A DNA stretch of 48,726 nucleotides from Guillardia theta CCMP2712 (lineage: Eukaryota; Protista; Cryptophyta), in the NCBI RefSeq assembly GCF_000315625.1, contig NW_005434599.1:254424-303149 (forward strand), in the 5' to 3' direction. The notes under the pieces are model-generated. The model did not search any database and was not told the DNA's origin. It saw only the letters and a program-made list of their open reading frames with translations. Position 1 is the stretch's first letter. Each line of letters opens with the position of its first letter. This document shows positions 1 to 11,731 of the stretch, piece after piece. The position numbers and the translations under genes are program-made.

Positions 1-1485
1 CTCCTCCTCCTCCTCCTCCTCCTACCTCCTCCTCCTCCTCCTCCTCCTCCTCCTCCTCCTCCTCCTCCTACCTCGCAGTAAACGGTCTGCTCATGCTCGA
101 GGCATCTAGCAGCGAGGATGAGTGACATGGAGGTGAGGCAACCAACACTGACAGTACGCAGAGCAAGCTCTCTTCCTCCATCCTCTTGCGGTATTCCTCC
201 TCCTGACGCTGCGATCCTGCGCCTCATCAGCACCTCCGACCTGCACGGCTAGGGGATACGAGGATCTCGATCTCTCTGAGGCGCTGGAGCACGCCGTCTC
301 CTATACTGCACCATGTCCTCCTGCTCCTGCTGCTTGCAAGGGATGAGAACGAGGTCAGGGAGGGTCGCCATGTGACGAACCTCCTGCTCTGCGTCCGACT
401 TGTCTGAATCCTGCGGGGAATCATGAAGAAGAGCTCCAGCAAGCTTGCTCCCCTCACATTCTCTGCGTTGCTCGTCTTGGCCTCGTGATCATCGTCCTCT
501 TCCTCCTCCAGGTCATCATCTTCGCTGGCTGGAGGATCGGTCAGGTGCGAGGAGCAAGGGACGTCAAGCTGGACTCGCCGCCATGTCCTGCCATTGGCCT
601 GCAACTGAAGTAGAAGCGCAGGACCCCCTGATTGCTCCATCAGCATCACAACACGATCAAGCGAAAACTTTGAGTCGATCATCATCTCAACCATTATCTC
701 AACCATCATCTCAACACTCATCTCAACCATCATCAGCCTCCATCGTCACTGCGATCACTAGCATCATCTCCTCATCAACCGTTTCAACGTCCTAGCAAAA
801 CTTACAGACTTGAAAGTTCCCTCGGACAGCTTCAGCTTCATCTTCTTGGTGGTTTCTGAATCGCTCTCGATGTCAACATGCTCTTTCAATCGCTGTCAAC
901 ATCCTGCCAGCATGCCCGACAGGCGCTACCTGAGAGGTCCAACTGCAGCGAACCCAACACTTCGTGCTTCTTGTTGCTCATGTGCCGTTCCACCGACAGG
1001 ATGAGGGGCTTCTCGAGGAACCTCTCCTCCTTCTCATCCCAGAAGAGCGTCGCATTGATGACCATCCTTCCACTTCCTCACAGTCAGGTCTCAACCTGTA
1101 GGCAAACAGCACAGCTCTCACGTCTCTCCTGGCCATGTGACCTTGTTGTTTTCCTCCCATTGCACTTTAGACCTGTGTGGTTCAAACCTTACATGATCTC
1201 GCTGAGAGGCGCATGCCATCCTACTTTCCAGACTTTCTTCCGCGGATCCACCGCACAAAGATGGGCATGGTGAAGCAGTTGACGTCTAAAGGTCTTCAGG
1301 AACAAATACAAGTAGCGCATCGCTGGACCTTGAAGGGAGTGCAGTTGGATCGTGAAGCGAAAAGAATGAGGGATCGCGCCCTTGTGCCCGACCTTTCTGA
1401 ACCATCTGCTCACACGCTCATTTAAGAATCGAGGCTGTGATTGAACCCTCTGCCTCCTCCTTCCGAGCTCGCTTGCCTACGTCAT
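1..1485 (-). CDS. Multi-exon gene with a probable N-terminal NT-C2 (EEIG1/EHBP1-type) domain; continues beyond the window start
   Basis: Spliced start MT|WFRKVGHKGAIPHSFRFTIQLHSL resembles the EHBP1-type N-terminus. A later exon gives KHEVLGSLQLDLS (LG-x-x-x-hDL motif). Acidic and coiled-coil exons follow. Confidence 0.5.
678..735. repeat. Degenerate 12-bp tandem repeat (ATCATCTCAACC), probably intronic
   Basis: About 4-5 imperfect copies seen directly; produces the MMVE repeats in ORF 227..733. Confidence 0.8.
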
Positions 1486-1764
1486 CACTAACTTCTAGAC
1501 TCTCAGCAGCTCGACCCTCGTCTCCTCTCTCTTCCTCCTTCAAACGCTGCAGGCGAGTACGTACAGTTATACTCTCCTCCTCCTCCTCCCACTCTCCTCC
1601 TACACCTCCCACTCTCCTCCTCCTCCTCCTCCCACGCCATTCCCTCCCGTTGTTACCTTCGCATTGCGCCCAATGACCAATCACAATGTCGGGTTGTAGC
1701 ACCGTTATCATCCGTTACGTGTCAGTTGCAGCCAATGTCCGACAAGGTGACGGTCACGGCGAGG

Positions 1765-2324
1765 ATGGAGATGGAGGGGAAGGGCGTGCGGGCGCTGGAG
1801 GAGTGGATAGGACACGTGGGACCTGAGCCTCCTGAGCTGCTTCCTCCCCCTTAGCTGAGCCCGCAGGCCATCGACCGCGTGCACGGGCGGGTCAACGACG
1901 AGTCCCTCCTCTACGCGGCGTCCCGGGACGGCTTCTCCAACCAGACTTTCCACGCCAAGTGCGACGGGAAGTCTCCGACCGTCGTCATCGTGCAGCTCTA
2001 TGACGGCAGGTGACCCGCTGTCCTCACTAGAGCTCATGGCAGCGTGACGCGCGTTCAGAGTGTTCGGAGGGTATACCAGGATACCATGGGCCTCTAAAGG
2101 AGGGGCTCAAGCAGACCCAGCAGCCTTCCTGTTCTCCTTGTCTGATGGGGGAGACAGAGCGCCATGTCGCCTCGAGCAGTCAGACGCTCTGCTGCGCTGC
2201 TCCTGCTCCTCACGTCCCTCGTTGCAGGCATCGCAACTTCGAGTACGCCGTTCACCACCATGCGGACAGAGGGCCCTTGTTTGGCGTTGGCGCAGGAGCA
2301 GACCTCGGATTGAACCTCGACCAC
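1765..2324 (+). CDS. TLDc-domain protein, apparently 3'-truncated at a (CCT)n tract
   Basis: Exons give LLYAASRDGFSNQTFHAKCDGKSPTVVIVQ, VFGGYTRIPW...AFLFSL and GPLFGVGAGADL, typical TLDc motifs. The terminal E-x-EVF strand was not found. Confidence 0.85.
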
Positions 2325-4303
2325 GTGAGTGATGACCCGTGCTCCTGCTCCTGCTGCTTCTCCTGTCTGTGCTCCTCCTCCTCCTCCTCCTCCTCCTCCT
2401 TCGCCCTTTTTTCTCTCAAGATGTGTGACGATCTGTGCATGTCGTGACACAGCGCAAGGCGACCCTCGCAGGATCCCAGCAGGACGACTCCAGGTTCCCA
2501 GGGACAGAACTCCATCTGCCGCACGCTGTCGCCCTCCAAGAACGGATTCAAGGCCGTGAGGCATGCCGGAGCAAGCAAGCTGCGCTCCCTCGCTGCTTCC
2601 ATCTCCACGTCCTTCCACTCCTCGAACGTCAGACCATCAGGAGGCACGTCCCTTCTCAGCAGCTCCAGGGAAGGATGTCGATCCGCTGCTCTTGCCCGGA
2701 GCTCGGTGGTGCGCACGCAGAACTCGGAGGTGGAGGCGAGGCGATCGTCGAAACCTCGAGGAAGGAGAGGCGTGACGTAAGCAGGCAACGAGAAGCCTCT
2801 CAGCACCGAGTCGTTGAGAGTGTCTACGAAGACTGCTGCCCCTCTCCTCCTCCCTCCTCCCATCAATCCAGTCCGAAACACCGGCTGATGCTCCGAGACA
2901 GGAAACCCCTCTATGTACATGGGCCCCCAGGGTCTGTCCTCTCCGTCCCGCCGCCCTCCTCTCAGCTCTTCCTCTGCTCCTCGTACTCGGCTGACGAGGC
3001 CGAGCTGGAGGAGCCAGCGGGGATGACTGACGGCCTTCAGTCGGAGGTCATCGACAAGGTCGCAGGAGGAAACCTCGAGGTCGATGCTGAAGTCCATGGT
3101 GCCCGGGACGTTGAGGGAGACGTTGTGGGCGGGGGTCACGAAATCCTCCCAGCCATCCTCCCCGCCCCCCCTAGCGAGCGCGAGGTACTCGTAGGGAGCG
3201 TCTCCCGCGTCGAGCAGGTGAAGCAAAACATCGCCATCGACCAGACAGGCGTCGAAGAAGGAGGAGGAGGCTGCGATGTCAATGGCGTTCACCTTGATGA
3301 CGTGGCGAAGCTCGAGGGGTCCATGGACGTGCTGGGCTCCTCGCTCAGGCATGTCGAAGCATGGGACGTACAGCCTCAGGCTCTGACTCGCGGGTAGTTG
3401 AGCTGGTAGAGAAGCTGAGAAGCTCCGAACCACCTTGTTAAACTTGCTCGTCTTGACGATGAACGAGGTCAAGGCCTGACCGCAATACACTCCCTTCCTG
3501 CAACTCACAGCGCCTTGACGACCAACCAGAACCACTCTCAGTGAAATGCTCTCCTCTTCCTCCCCTTCCTCCTCCTCCTCCTCGCCAGCTTTCACGCTTT
3601 CTGAGAAATCAACGAAGTCCTCCAGGTGCCGAAAAAGCTTGAGGTACACCATCGGGCAAGGGACCAAACCAAGTGAGGAAAGTTGGGGATCCGCCCTAGC
3701 CTCCGATGACTCGCCACTGCAAGGCAGACAAACTCTCAGTCTCGCTGACCCACCGCACAACATCAACTCCCACCTGCTCCTCCTTCCTCCCTGTCTCGCT
3801 CTCCTCCAGGCCTCCCCATCAGCTCCCCGCACGTGCAAGAGCTTCATGCTTGCAGCACGTCCTTCTATCCATGCGGATGCTAAAGGCCAGCTGCCGTCGG
3901 GGTCGACAAGCTCGTGTGCTCGTCCGACGAGGGAGGAGATGGTCCCATCTGATCGACATGGCAGGGGAAACCAAGCGCCTTCCCAGCTCACACGTATCCA
4001 GAGAGAATCTTGATGCTCGTGGAGGAATCCATGGCGTACAGACCGAACTATGCTCCTCCAGTCGGGAAGATGGTGGAATACGGTTCTGCACGGAACCATG
4101 AAGCCGAGGATCATTCGCCAGAGGTTGCGATCCGTCATGTCCTTCTGCATGCTCCTGCAGGAACATGCAATTCGACCGATGCAAGGCAGAGACAGCCACT
4201 GGACCAGGCGCAAGAGCAGGTCGTGAGGTAGAAGGATGAGAGAGAAAGAACAAGTTCTAACTTGTCCATCCTCCTCTTCTCCGAGCGATCCCATAGCGCT
4301 CAT
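2252..4303 (-). CDS. F-box protein with possible ubiquitin-like segments and the start of a WD40-like repeat; 3' end uncertain
   Basis: N-terminal LILLPHDLLLRLVQWLSLPCIGRIACSCRSMQ...LWR is an F-box. VRQMEFCPWEPGVVLLGSCEG is WD-like. 683-aa open frame. Confidence 0.75.
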   Translation of the reverse strand: MSAMGSLGEEEDGQVRTCSFSLILLPHDLLLRLVQWLSLPCIGRIACSCRSMQKDMTDRNLWRMILGFMVPCRTVFHHLPDWRSIVRSVRHGFLHEHQDSLWIRVSWEGAWFPLPCRSDGTISSLVGRAHELVDPDGSWPLASAWIEGRAASMKLLHVRGADGEAWRRARQGGRRSRWELMLCGGSARLRVCLPCSGESSEARADPQLSSLGLVPCPMVYLKLFRHLEDFVDFSESVKAGEEEEEEGEEEESISLRVVLVGRQGAVSCRKGVYCGQALTSFIVKTSKFNKVVRSFSASLPAQLPASQSLRLYVPCFDMPERGAQHVHGPLELRHVIKVNAIDIAASSSFFDACLVDGDVLLHLLDAGDAPYEYLALARGGGEDGWEDFVTPAHNVSLNVPGTMDFSIDLEVSSCDLVDDLRLKAVSHPRWLLQLGLVSRVRGAEEELRGGRRDGEDRPWGPMYIEGFPVSEHQPVFRTGLMGGGRRRGAAVFVDTLNDSVLRGFSLPAYVTPLLPRGFDDRLASTSEFCVRTTELRARAADRHPSLELLRRDVPPDGLTFEEWKDVEMEAARERSLLAPACLTALNPFLEGDSVRQMEFCPWEPGVVLLGSCEGRLALCHDMHRSSHILREKRAKEEEEEEEEEHRQEKQQEQEHGSSLTWSRFNPRSAPAPTPNKGPLSAWW

Positions 4304-4674
4304 GCTGTTACTTCCGCTTGCAGTTTTTCGACCTTTGCCCGCGTCACATCCTGCGGTCCCTTGTTAGACATTGATACTCTCTCACTTTGTAAAACTTTGA
4401 TCGAAACTTTCTTCCTCTGTACTCCTTCCATCGACTTCCTCTCCCCTCCCCTCCTGTCATGTCCTCCCGTCTCGTCGTCTCGTCGTCTCCTCCCCTCCCC
4501 TCCCCTCCCCTCCTCCCCTCCCCTCCGTGCAAAATTTTCTCGCTGGCACATTTTGCCCCATTTTGTATCTGAGGCGAGCTCGGGATACGAAAAGCGCGAC
4601 CTCCTCCTCCTCCTCCTACGGGAGGTTCGGGGACTGCAGCAGTCAATGCCTCCAAGTTGACCTCGACTGCGCAG

Positions 4675-5153
4675 GCGGCGAAAGCTGAATCTGCCCGCAT
4701 CAAGTTGGCGCAAGTTGGGCAGGTTGAAGCGATCCGTAAAGGGATCGAGGCAGAGCTGAGTCAGGCGAAGAGCAACGAGGCCGCGATGAAGAACCAGTTG
4801 GAGAAGGAGACGAATGAGCTGAAGGAGACGATTGCGCGGCTGGAGCGGGAGAAGAAGAGTCTGGAGGAGACGCTGGAAGTGGAGAGGCAGGTCCGAGGCG
4901 AGAAGATCATCAACCTTGCTCCTGAGAGCTTCGACACTTTCATTCAAGCCTCAGACCGACCGGGTAAGACCGTCCTGTTCACGAAAAGAGAGGATACTCC
5001 GGAGCTATGGACGCAGCTGGCGGAGAAGAACTCCTACATCTGCTCCTTTGGTCTAATCCGCCATACCTCTCAGGCGCTCTTGTCCAGATGCTCCGTTCGC
5101 GCCGAAACCTTCCTCGGATCCTTTTCTACACCAACAACGTCAGTCACCCGGTC
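4675..5153 (+). CDS. Orphan gene fragment: coiled coil followed by a thioredoxin-like fold; no 5' exons visible, runs into the gap
   Basis: Heptad-rich helix, then IINLAPESFDTFI...KTVLFTKREDTPELWTQLAEK...FGLIR, resembling the non-catalytic Trx-like domain of some DnaJ proteins. Confidence 0.5.
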
Positions 5154-5253
5154 NNNNNNNNNNNNNNNNNNNNNNNNNNNNNNNNNNNNNNNNNNNNNNN
5201 NNNNNNNNNNNNNNNNNNNNNNNNNNNNNNNNNNNNNNNNNNNNNNNNNNNNN
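5154..5253. other. Assembly gap (N run)
   Basis: Run of N. Confidence 1.
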
Positions 5254-5265
5254 GTACCGTACCGA

Positions 5266-5387
5266 CCTCCTCCTCCTCCTCCTCCTCCTCCTCCTCCTCC
5301 TCCTCCTCCTCCTCCTCCTCCTCCTCCTCCTCCTCCTCCTCCTCCTCCTCCTCCTCCTCCTCCTCCTCCTCCTCCTCCTCCTCCTCC
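5266..5387. repeat. (CCT)n microsatellite
   Basis: Perfect trinucleotide run; others occur at 1-70, about 1575-1632, 2373-2400 and 4600-4617. Confidence 0.98.
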
Positions 5388-5559
5388 CTCTGACGCTGGT
5401 TCTTACCTGAGGTCTCGCGCTGCACCCCTCCTTGTCTGTCCCTCTCCTTCCCTCCTCCACCTCTTGTCTCCACGTGCTCTCCTCTCCTGCGCTCGCCTCG
5501 TAGTGTACTGACAGCGAGGGATGCTCTCTCTTGCTGACTGTCGGCATGCTTCATCCGAC

Positions 5560-6456
5560 ATGGCGAAGCTGCGGCTTCTTGACGATGGTGAGCGTACGGA
5601 GAGTCGAGAGAAGCGAGAGCACGTCCGAGAAGAAGATCGCTGGGTGTTCAAGAACTTTGTGCATGACGATTGCTTGTCGTCGCTGGGTATCGACGAGATG
5701 AGGACCAAGTTCTTGAAGCTGCTCCTGGTGGCCACAGCCATCTTGTTTGCGGCTCAGAAGATGAGCTGCAGCATTCCAGGCTGGTCGTGTGAGGAGAAGT
5801 ACAACATGAGCCTCTTCTTTCTTCACTTCTGGGGAGCCTTCAGTGTGGACCTGCTCGTCATCTTTCTAGTCGGGCGGATGCACACGAGGAGAGGCGTGGA
5901 TCAGCTCTCCCTCATCCTCCCGTGCCTCCTCGGCTCCATATACCCGTCGGCGGTTGACGAGCTTCGGTTTGCGCGGGTGTCCTTGTCCTTGTTCGAGATG
6001 TACTGCCGCTGGTCCATCGCCACCTGGCTGTTTGCGAGCGTCGAGCTACTTCTGGTAGCTGCCGCACTCTTTGCTCATTTCATCCATGCTCGTAGGACAG
6101 GCAGGCTGTCGACCCTCCTCAGCGACGCTATCCTTGGCTTCCTCCTCTTTCTCTTCCCTCAGATCGCTGACCCCGCCTTTCATCTGCATCACTGGTTCGT
6201 CGCCTGGCTGGTGGCGATGCTGGCCAGGTTCGAGCCGTACTGGTCGAGAGGCACGCAGATGTTCTTCGTCGGGTATTACATCAACGGGATAGCCGTCTAC
6301 GGCAGAGACCCTCTCCTTGCGTGTGCTAACGTTGCCTTCCTCAACACCAAGATGGGATGCGGGATAGGAGAGATGAACAATGCGACCAACAACTCTCACC
6401 CTCACGTCTACGTCCCTCCCAACCTCTGGAACTGTACCGGAGACTACGCGAGGTAG
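5560..6456 (+). CDS. Intronless multi-pass membrane protein with an HLHHW motif
   Basis: ORF 5521..6456 has about 7 hydrophobic segments and FHLHHWFVAW...GYYINGIAVYGRDP near the C-terminus. Confidence 0.75.
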   Translation: MAKLRLLDDGERTESREKREHVREEDRWVFKNFVHDDCLSSLGIDEMRTKFLKLLLVATAILFAAQKMSCSIPGWSCEEKYNMSLFFLHFWGAFSVDLLVIFLVGRMHTRRGVDQLSLILPCLLGSIYPSAVDELRFARVSLSLFEMYCRWSIATWLFASVELLLVAAALFAHFIHARRTGRLSTLLSDAILGFLLFLFPQIADPAFHLHHWFVAWLVAMLARFEPYWSRGTQMFFVGYYINGIAVYGRDPLLACANVAFLNTKMGCGIGEMNNATNNSHPHVYVPPNLWNCTGDYAR

Positions 6457-6942
6457 GCCAACTAAGTTTTAGTCCAACACCATTAAACCCCACCCTGTCA
6501 ATTTACATCGAGTTTGACTGATTTCACGTTAACCATCTCGCACGCAACATGTTGGATGTTGCTTTCTCGCAAGCCCCATCATGATGACGTCCAAGCAGAG
6601 TCAAAGCTGCAGCCTCACGCGTCCTGTCCATACATCCCACTGCACGAACGGATCTCATTCGTGGTGTACTCGAAGCACCTTGAAGACACTTCAGTACATG
6701 TGTGCCGCACGAGCTTCCAAGATCAACTCACATTCCGATCGAGCATGTATCACAGGAAACAGGACAAGCTTGGGATGCCGGCACTCCAAAGGCGTCTACG
6801 TCATCGTCGCAATACCTGCCCCAAGATTGTTAGGCACAAGCCATCGATCGAGGCTTGCACTTGCCCCATCCTTTTTGTCCAATCGGCATACACCTCACAA
6901 CCCCCATACCGTGATCTGAAATCATATCTGTCCCAAGGTCAA
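6378..6942. repeat. Segmental duplication, copy 1 (3' end of the membrane gene plus 3' half of the Cys-rich gene)
   Basis: Near-identical to about 10620-11190. Confidence 0.95.
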
Positions 6943-7449
6943 TCTCAAGCAGAAGCTGGAGGGGCAGGACTTCGTGAAAGAATGCCAAATTTTGTGCTGT
7001 GGGTTGAAGTGTGACGGTAGATCATCCGTTGGGATTGCCCCGCCGATTCACGCTCGATTCTCTGCGGCTCTGTAGGGTGGGAGCTGTTCGGGGAAAGGGA
7101 GGAAACGATATGGATTCAGGCCCAGGAGCATGAGAGAAGAATTGTGGCTGCTGCATGCTCCGTACCACGATTGTCAGGCAGACAACAAGGCATAGAGGTG
7201 AAGGCTTCAGTTCAGTTTGAGTCTCTCTGTCTCCGTGCTCTTGTATGACTCTCAGCAAGGCAGTTAGAGACGAACAGAGGCCCCCGCTGTGTCCAGTCCC
7301 ACCATCATGGCTTTTCGAAGGCAGAAGAAGCTCCGAAGGTACATGCCGGACGATTGGGGTGTGCATAGGCTGCCCTTTCAGCTACAAAAACAGCTGAAAT
7401 TGTATCTTTTGTCTCCTCACGTCTCAATATGCAATGCCGATGTACATCA

Positions 7450-8350
7450 AGTGTCGTTGGGGTCCTACAAGGAGATCCGAGGGCCTTCGGCGTGTGTCCC
7501 ATGCCCCGCCAACAGCACCACCCTTGCAACTGCGAGGAATGACTCTGGGGACTGTGTTTGCACCCTCGGGCACTACCAGACCCAGGGGGCCTCCCAACAC
7601 CTACGACGAGAGGAAGAGGCAGGCTGTAACTCCTGCCCTTCCTTCTCTACCTCCCCCGGGGCTTGATATCCGTCTACGAGTGCCAGTGTGATGTTATATC
7701 CCGTGCCAAGCTCGGGACGACTTGCGTGATCTGCAACAAGGGGTTCATCTACTGCATCCAGACGCTGACCTGCCTGGAATGCGGGTTGCCGTGTCCTACT
7801 GCACCACCGTGGAGGACCTCACCTGCTATGACGACTGCCACTGCTTCGCTGGATATGGGTTGCCTACTGCTGGACGGAGTGCGAGTAGTGGCCCGCTGAC
7901 ATCTTTCGCCCCATTTCCAACGAGGAGGAGTGCCTGTCCTGTCCCTCGGGTTCCACCACCGAGGGGGTCACCCAGAGCGACTGCCTGTGCTCTGCCGGTT
8001 ACAACGGAACGGACGGCGGGCCCTGTCGCTCTGCCCTCCTGTCCCCTACAAAAACTGCGGATTCCTGCATCCAGTACCACCCCAATGCCAGTGCAACATG
8101 GTTCCACGTGCCGTCAATGATGGTTGCACTCCCTGCCCCCAGAACATGACCTCTTCGGCAGGAAGGCTCTTGGTGACTCTAGGTGCCAGACTGGTTTCGC
8201 GGGAATTGGGACCGAGTACTGCACATTCTGCGACATGGGGATGTACAAGGACTACGAGGGACCGCTAGCGGTATAGTGTTAATTGGGGGTTGTGCCTGAC
8301 TTGCAGCGATGGAGAAACTACAGAGCAGCTGGGCAGCGTGTCTTCCTCAG
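7450..8350 (+). pseudogene. Degenerate Cys-rich GCC2/GCC3 (ephrin-receptor-like) repeat gene
   Basis: Units such as GSYKEIRGPSACVPCPANSTT...DCVCTLGHY, CLSCPSGSTTEG...CLCSAGYNGTDGGPC and CTPCPQNMTSSAG lie in different frames with stops between them. Confidence 0.7.
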
Positions 8351-8580
8351 AGTTTATCCATCTCACGGGTAACTACCGATCCTACGTCGAGCTCTGCTCT
8401 GCAATAATCAAGTGCTGGGACGGAAGCTCTCAGATTCATTGGTCCCGGTCTGATGAAGAAGTTTCTTTCAGACACAGGGAGAAGGCAGTTGCTTAAGCAC
8501 CCGTGCTGGGCTCGAGCTTTTATTGAATTCAATACTCAACACATTCTAGTATGCTTTCTCATCTGCATGGTGAGGTAAGC

Positions 8581-8665
8581 CTACTTCATCAGGCCGCTGA
8601 ACATTTGTTTGAAAGACTATTTACTTCATCAGGCCGCTGAACATCTGTTTGAAAAATTATTTACT
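8581..8665. repeat. Tandem duplication of about 41 bp
   Basis: TACTTCATCAGGCCGCTGAACAT[T/C]TGTTTGAAA occurs twice in tandem. Confidence 0.9.
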
Positions 8666-8735
8666 ACCACGTGTAGAACCACAAAAATTCAGCTTCCTCC
8701 ATCTTGATCAAGAATGCGATGAGCAAACCTCGATC

Positions 8736-9968
8736 CTAGGTTGGTTGTGTCTCTACAATTCTGACTTCTCCGAAAGCATTTTTGTCGATGTTGAAATGAG
8801 GTGGCCAGGCGATCACGATGTCGTTCTTGGGAGTTGAAGAAGTGGGTTCCATTTTACAGAGAACTCCAGTATACCCGCGATCCTCAACTGCCTTGAGCCG
8901 GTCCAACTCGACCAAATATTTTGCAAGTGATGTGAAGTGGGTGGATTCAGATGAGTCAGCAAATCTGGTCAGCTTGTCGAAGCAGTGATCCATGAAATCA
9001 CGATCTTCTTTTCCAGTAGTCGCACGAGCATGTTCTGCGAGCGAAGTTTGAAGCTCAAGGCTCTTTGGCTGTTTCCATAGAAGCTGCTCGGGGCTGTCGC
9101 TTTCTCGGGCTCGTTTGCTAATCGCACAGATCTTCCCGACACAGCAGGAAGCCACAATCAAGCCAGCAGAACGCTTCTCGCACATCTTGATTGCATAATC
9201 TGAAGCTGCTCCGCACGCGTGCAGAGAAGTGCCGATGTCAAAGTTCTCTTCATATGCCAGCACGTCTCCTAAGACAGTCCGAAAATTGGACAAACTCGCT
9301 TCCTGTGCTCGACGGATCCCCAAGTCAATACTGATAGGGTTGCGGTCGACACACACAACTTCCCATTCCGAGAAGAGGTAAGCAACCAGCAACCCGACAT
9401 GACCTGCGCCCCCGCAGAAATCTACGAGCCGCTTGGAGGTGCCCTGGGAGGGGGCAGACAAGATCATGACGGAGATGGCTCGTAACATGCTCATTAGCTG
9501 TCCTCGCTTGCGGAGCTGTCTCTTCTCTGGAAGATGATAGAGGGGATCAACCTGCGGGACGAGTCCATCCCAACCTGATCCAGCAAAAAAATCCACCACC
9601 TTCGACTTTGCTCCGTACCTTTGCAGTAGGCACTCGTTCAGATAAGAAGGACTTGGCAGCTGATGAAGCTTGATGGTCGTTTTTGAAGAGACAGAAGACA
9701 CGAGAAGCTCAGACCGGATTGTCCTCGCCTTCTTCTTCTTCCCTGGCAACTCACCTTTGAGTGGATCACTGCCAGCGCAGGCCGACATCGAGGCGTCGAG
9801 TGCAACAGGGTCCGCGCAGCTTACAATGCTTCTCTTCGTCGTGACATTGACAGTCACCGGCATGCGAGCAATGCTAGGCATCGAGCTTAATCACTGCTCA
9901 CGGCAAGACACTACTACACACCTTGTAATATCGCTTGGCAACCCACCTGAAGTCAGCATTGCTTCCAT
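8736..9968 (-). CDS. SAM-dependent methyltransferase, Methyltransf_32 / GSTCD C-terminal-like
   Basis: VDFCGGAGHVG (motif I), SLHACGAASD, SCCVGKI and KMEP...TPKNDIV are characteristic. A short 5' exon probably starts near 9968. Confidence 0.85.
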
Positions 9969-10255
9969 AGCTTCCGGTAAGGCTCCGACCGATTTCGACC
10001 TATATAGGCCCCCGGTCAGCCGGTTACATTTTCCACCGATCCTACCGGTGTCCGTTATCGTGCGGCGCAAACCGTCTGGACAGGCTGTCCGGGCCGTCCG
10101 CGCGGCTGCTCAGTGGGGTGGGCGCTACTAGGCCCGCCGCTATGAGTCAGCCTGCTCCGAACTTTACCGGGACTCAGCGCGAGGCACGTGTTGATACTCT
10201 GACACTTTACTCAAAGTTAAGTTAATTTTCCCTTTTGATTCACCCCATCCTAACC

Positions 10256-10434
10256 ACATGGCACTCGGCCTTGTGGCTGCTGCTCACTAGGATACCGGGC
10301 CTCGCCTTGGCTCTTCAGACGTCCGTGCAAGTCATCTCCAACGAAAATACTAGAGAGCAACTTGGCAAGGCATAACAGACACATTTTGTACCCCTAATTC
10401 TGAGGCGAGCTCGGCATACGAAAAGCGCGACCCT

Positions 10435-10470
<36 letters not shown>

Positions 10471-11190
10471 CCTGCTCCTCCTCGTCCTCCTCCTCCCCCT
10501 TCCTCTGGTTCTTACCTGAGGTCTCGCGCTGCACCCCTCCTTGTCTGTCCCTCTCCTTCCCTCCTCCACCTCTTGTCTCCACGTGCTCTCCTCTCCTGTG
10601 CTCACCTCGTAGTGTACTGACAATGCGACCAACAACTCTCACCCTCACGTCTACGTCCCTCCCAACCTCTGGAACTGTACCGGAGACTACGCGAGGTAGG
10701 CCAACTAAGTTTTAGTCTAACACCATTAAACCCCACCCTGTCAATTTACATCGAGTTTCGCTGATTTCACGTTAACCATCTCGCACGCAACATGTTGGAT
10801 GTTGCTTTCTCGCCAGCCCCATCATGATGACGTCCAAGCAGAGTCAAAGCTGCAGCCTCACGCGTCCTGTCCATACATCCCACTGCACGAACGGATCTCA
10901 TTCGTGGTGTACTCGAAGCACCTTGAGAACACTTCAGTATGCTACATGTGTGCCGCACGAGCTTCCAAGATCAACTCACATTCCGATCGAGCATGTATCA
11001 CAGGAAACAGGACAAGCTTGGGATGCCGGCACTCCAAAGGCGTCTACGTCATCGTCGCAATACCTGCCCCAAGATTGTTAGGCACAAGCCATCGATCGAG
11101 GCTTGCACTTGCCCCATCCTTTTTGTCCAATCGGCATACACCTCACAACCCCCATACCGTGATCTGAAATCATATCTGTCCCAAGGTCAA
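10256..11190. repeat. Mosaic duplicate: copies of 12385-12474, about 4546-4617, 5396-5513 and 6378-6942 joined in series
   Basis: Direct sequence identity to four separate loci in this window. Confidence 0.92.
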
Positions 11191-11731
11191 CTCGCCCAGT
11201 CAACCTCCATGCGCTGCTTTACCTATCAACACAAGCATCCAACGAATAGCACCCAAAGTCATCACAAATGGGGACCACGACCTATAAAGGATGAAGACCA
11301 ATTATTCGTGCTTTGTTTGAATTGCTTCATCAATGAGTGGAGTGCGAAGAGATCGATGAAAACATGGTATGTTCCCCCACGAATCCGCTTTCACGCAAAC
11401 GCAAGCCTTACCGCAGTTCCAGGAACAACCGATGGAGTCATCACAACAGGCCCGACCTAATAGTAGCAATGATTATATGATACGAATAGAGCGAGAGGTA
11501 AAGCAAGCTCCGTACCGACGCGTAAGGCGGGAGAAACGGAGGCAACGGAGCAGCCGCCGCAAGCCGCTGCCCCCGGAGGATCCCGACATTGCGAGGAGAA
11601 TGTGCACGAGCATAACCCGCTATTCTTTCCATGGGCCTTGTGCTTCTCCCATACGAGGCAACTGCGAAGATCATGGCAACCATCGCCATCGCCGCTAACG
11701 TAACCGCTACCGTCGCCTTTGATTCCGCCAT
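10934..11731 (-). CDS. Small multi-exon secreted or signal-anchored Cys-rich protein
   Basis: MAESKATVAVTLAAMAMVAMIFAVAS hydrophobic leader. Short exons VGPVVMTPSVVPGTA, VVVPICDDFGCY and YCDDDVDAFGVPASQACPVS...SCGT are separated by GT-AG introns. Confidence 0.55.

Noticed and set aside
6514-7014. Plus-strand ORFs 6514..7014 and 10939..11460
   Set aside because: Antisense to the spliced minus-strand Cys-rich gene; frame not conserved between duplicates.
10256-11190. Helitron capture explaining the mosaic
   Set aside because: Only a CTAG at 10350 and a 4-bp stem; no convincing hairpin or 5' TC end. The pieces are local and mostly collinear.
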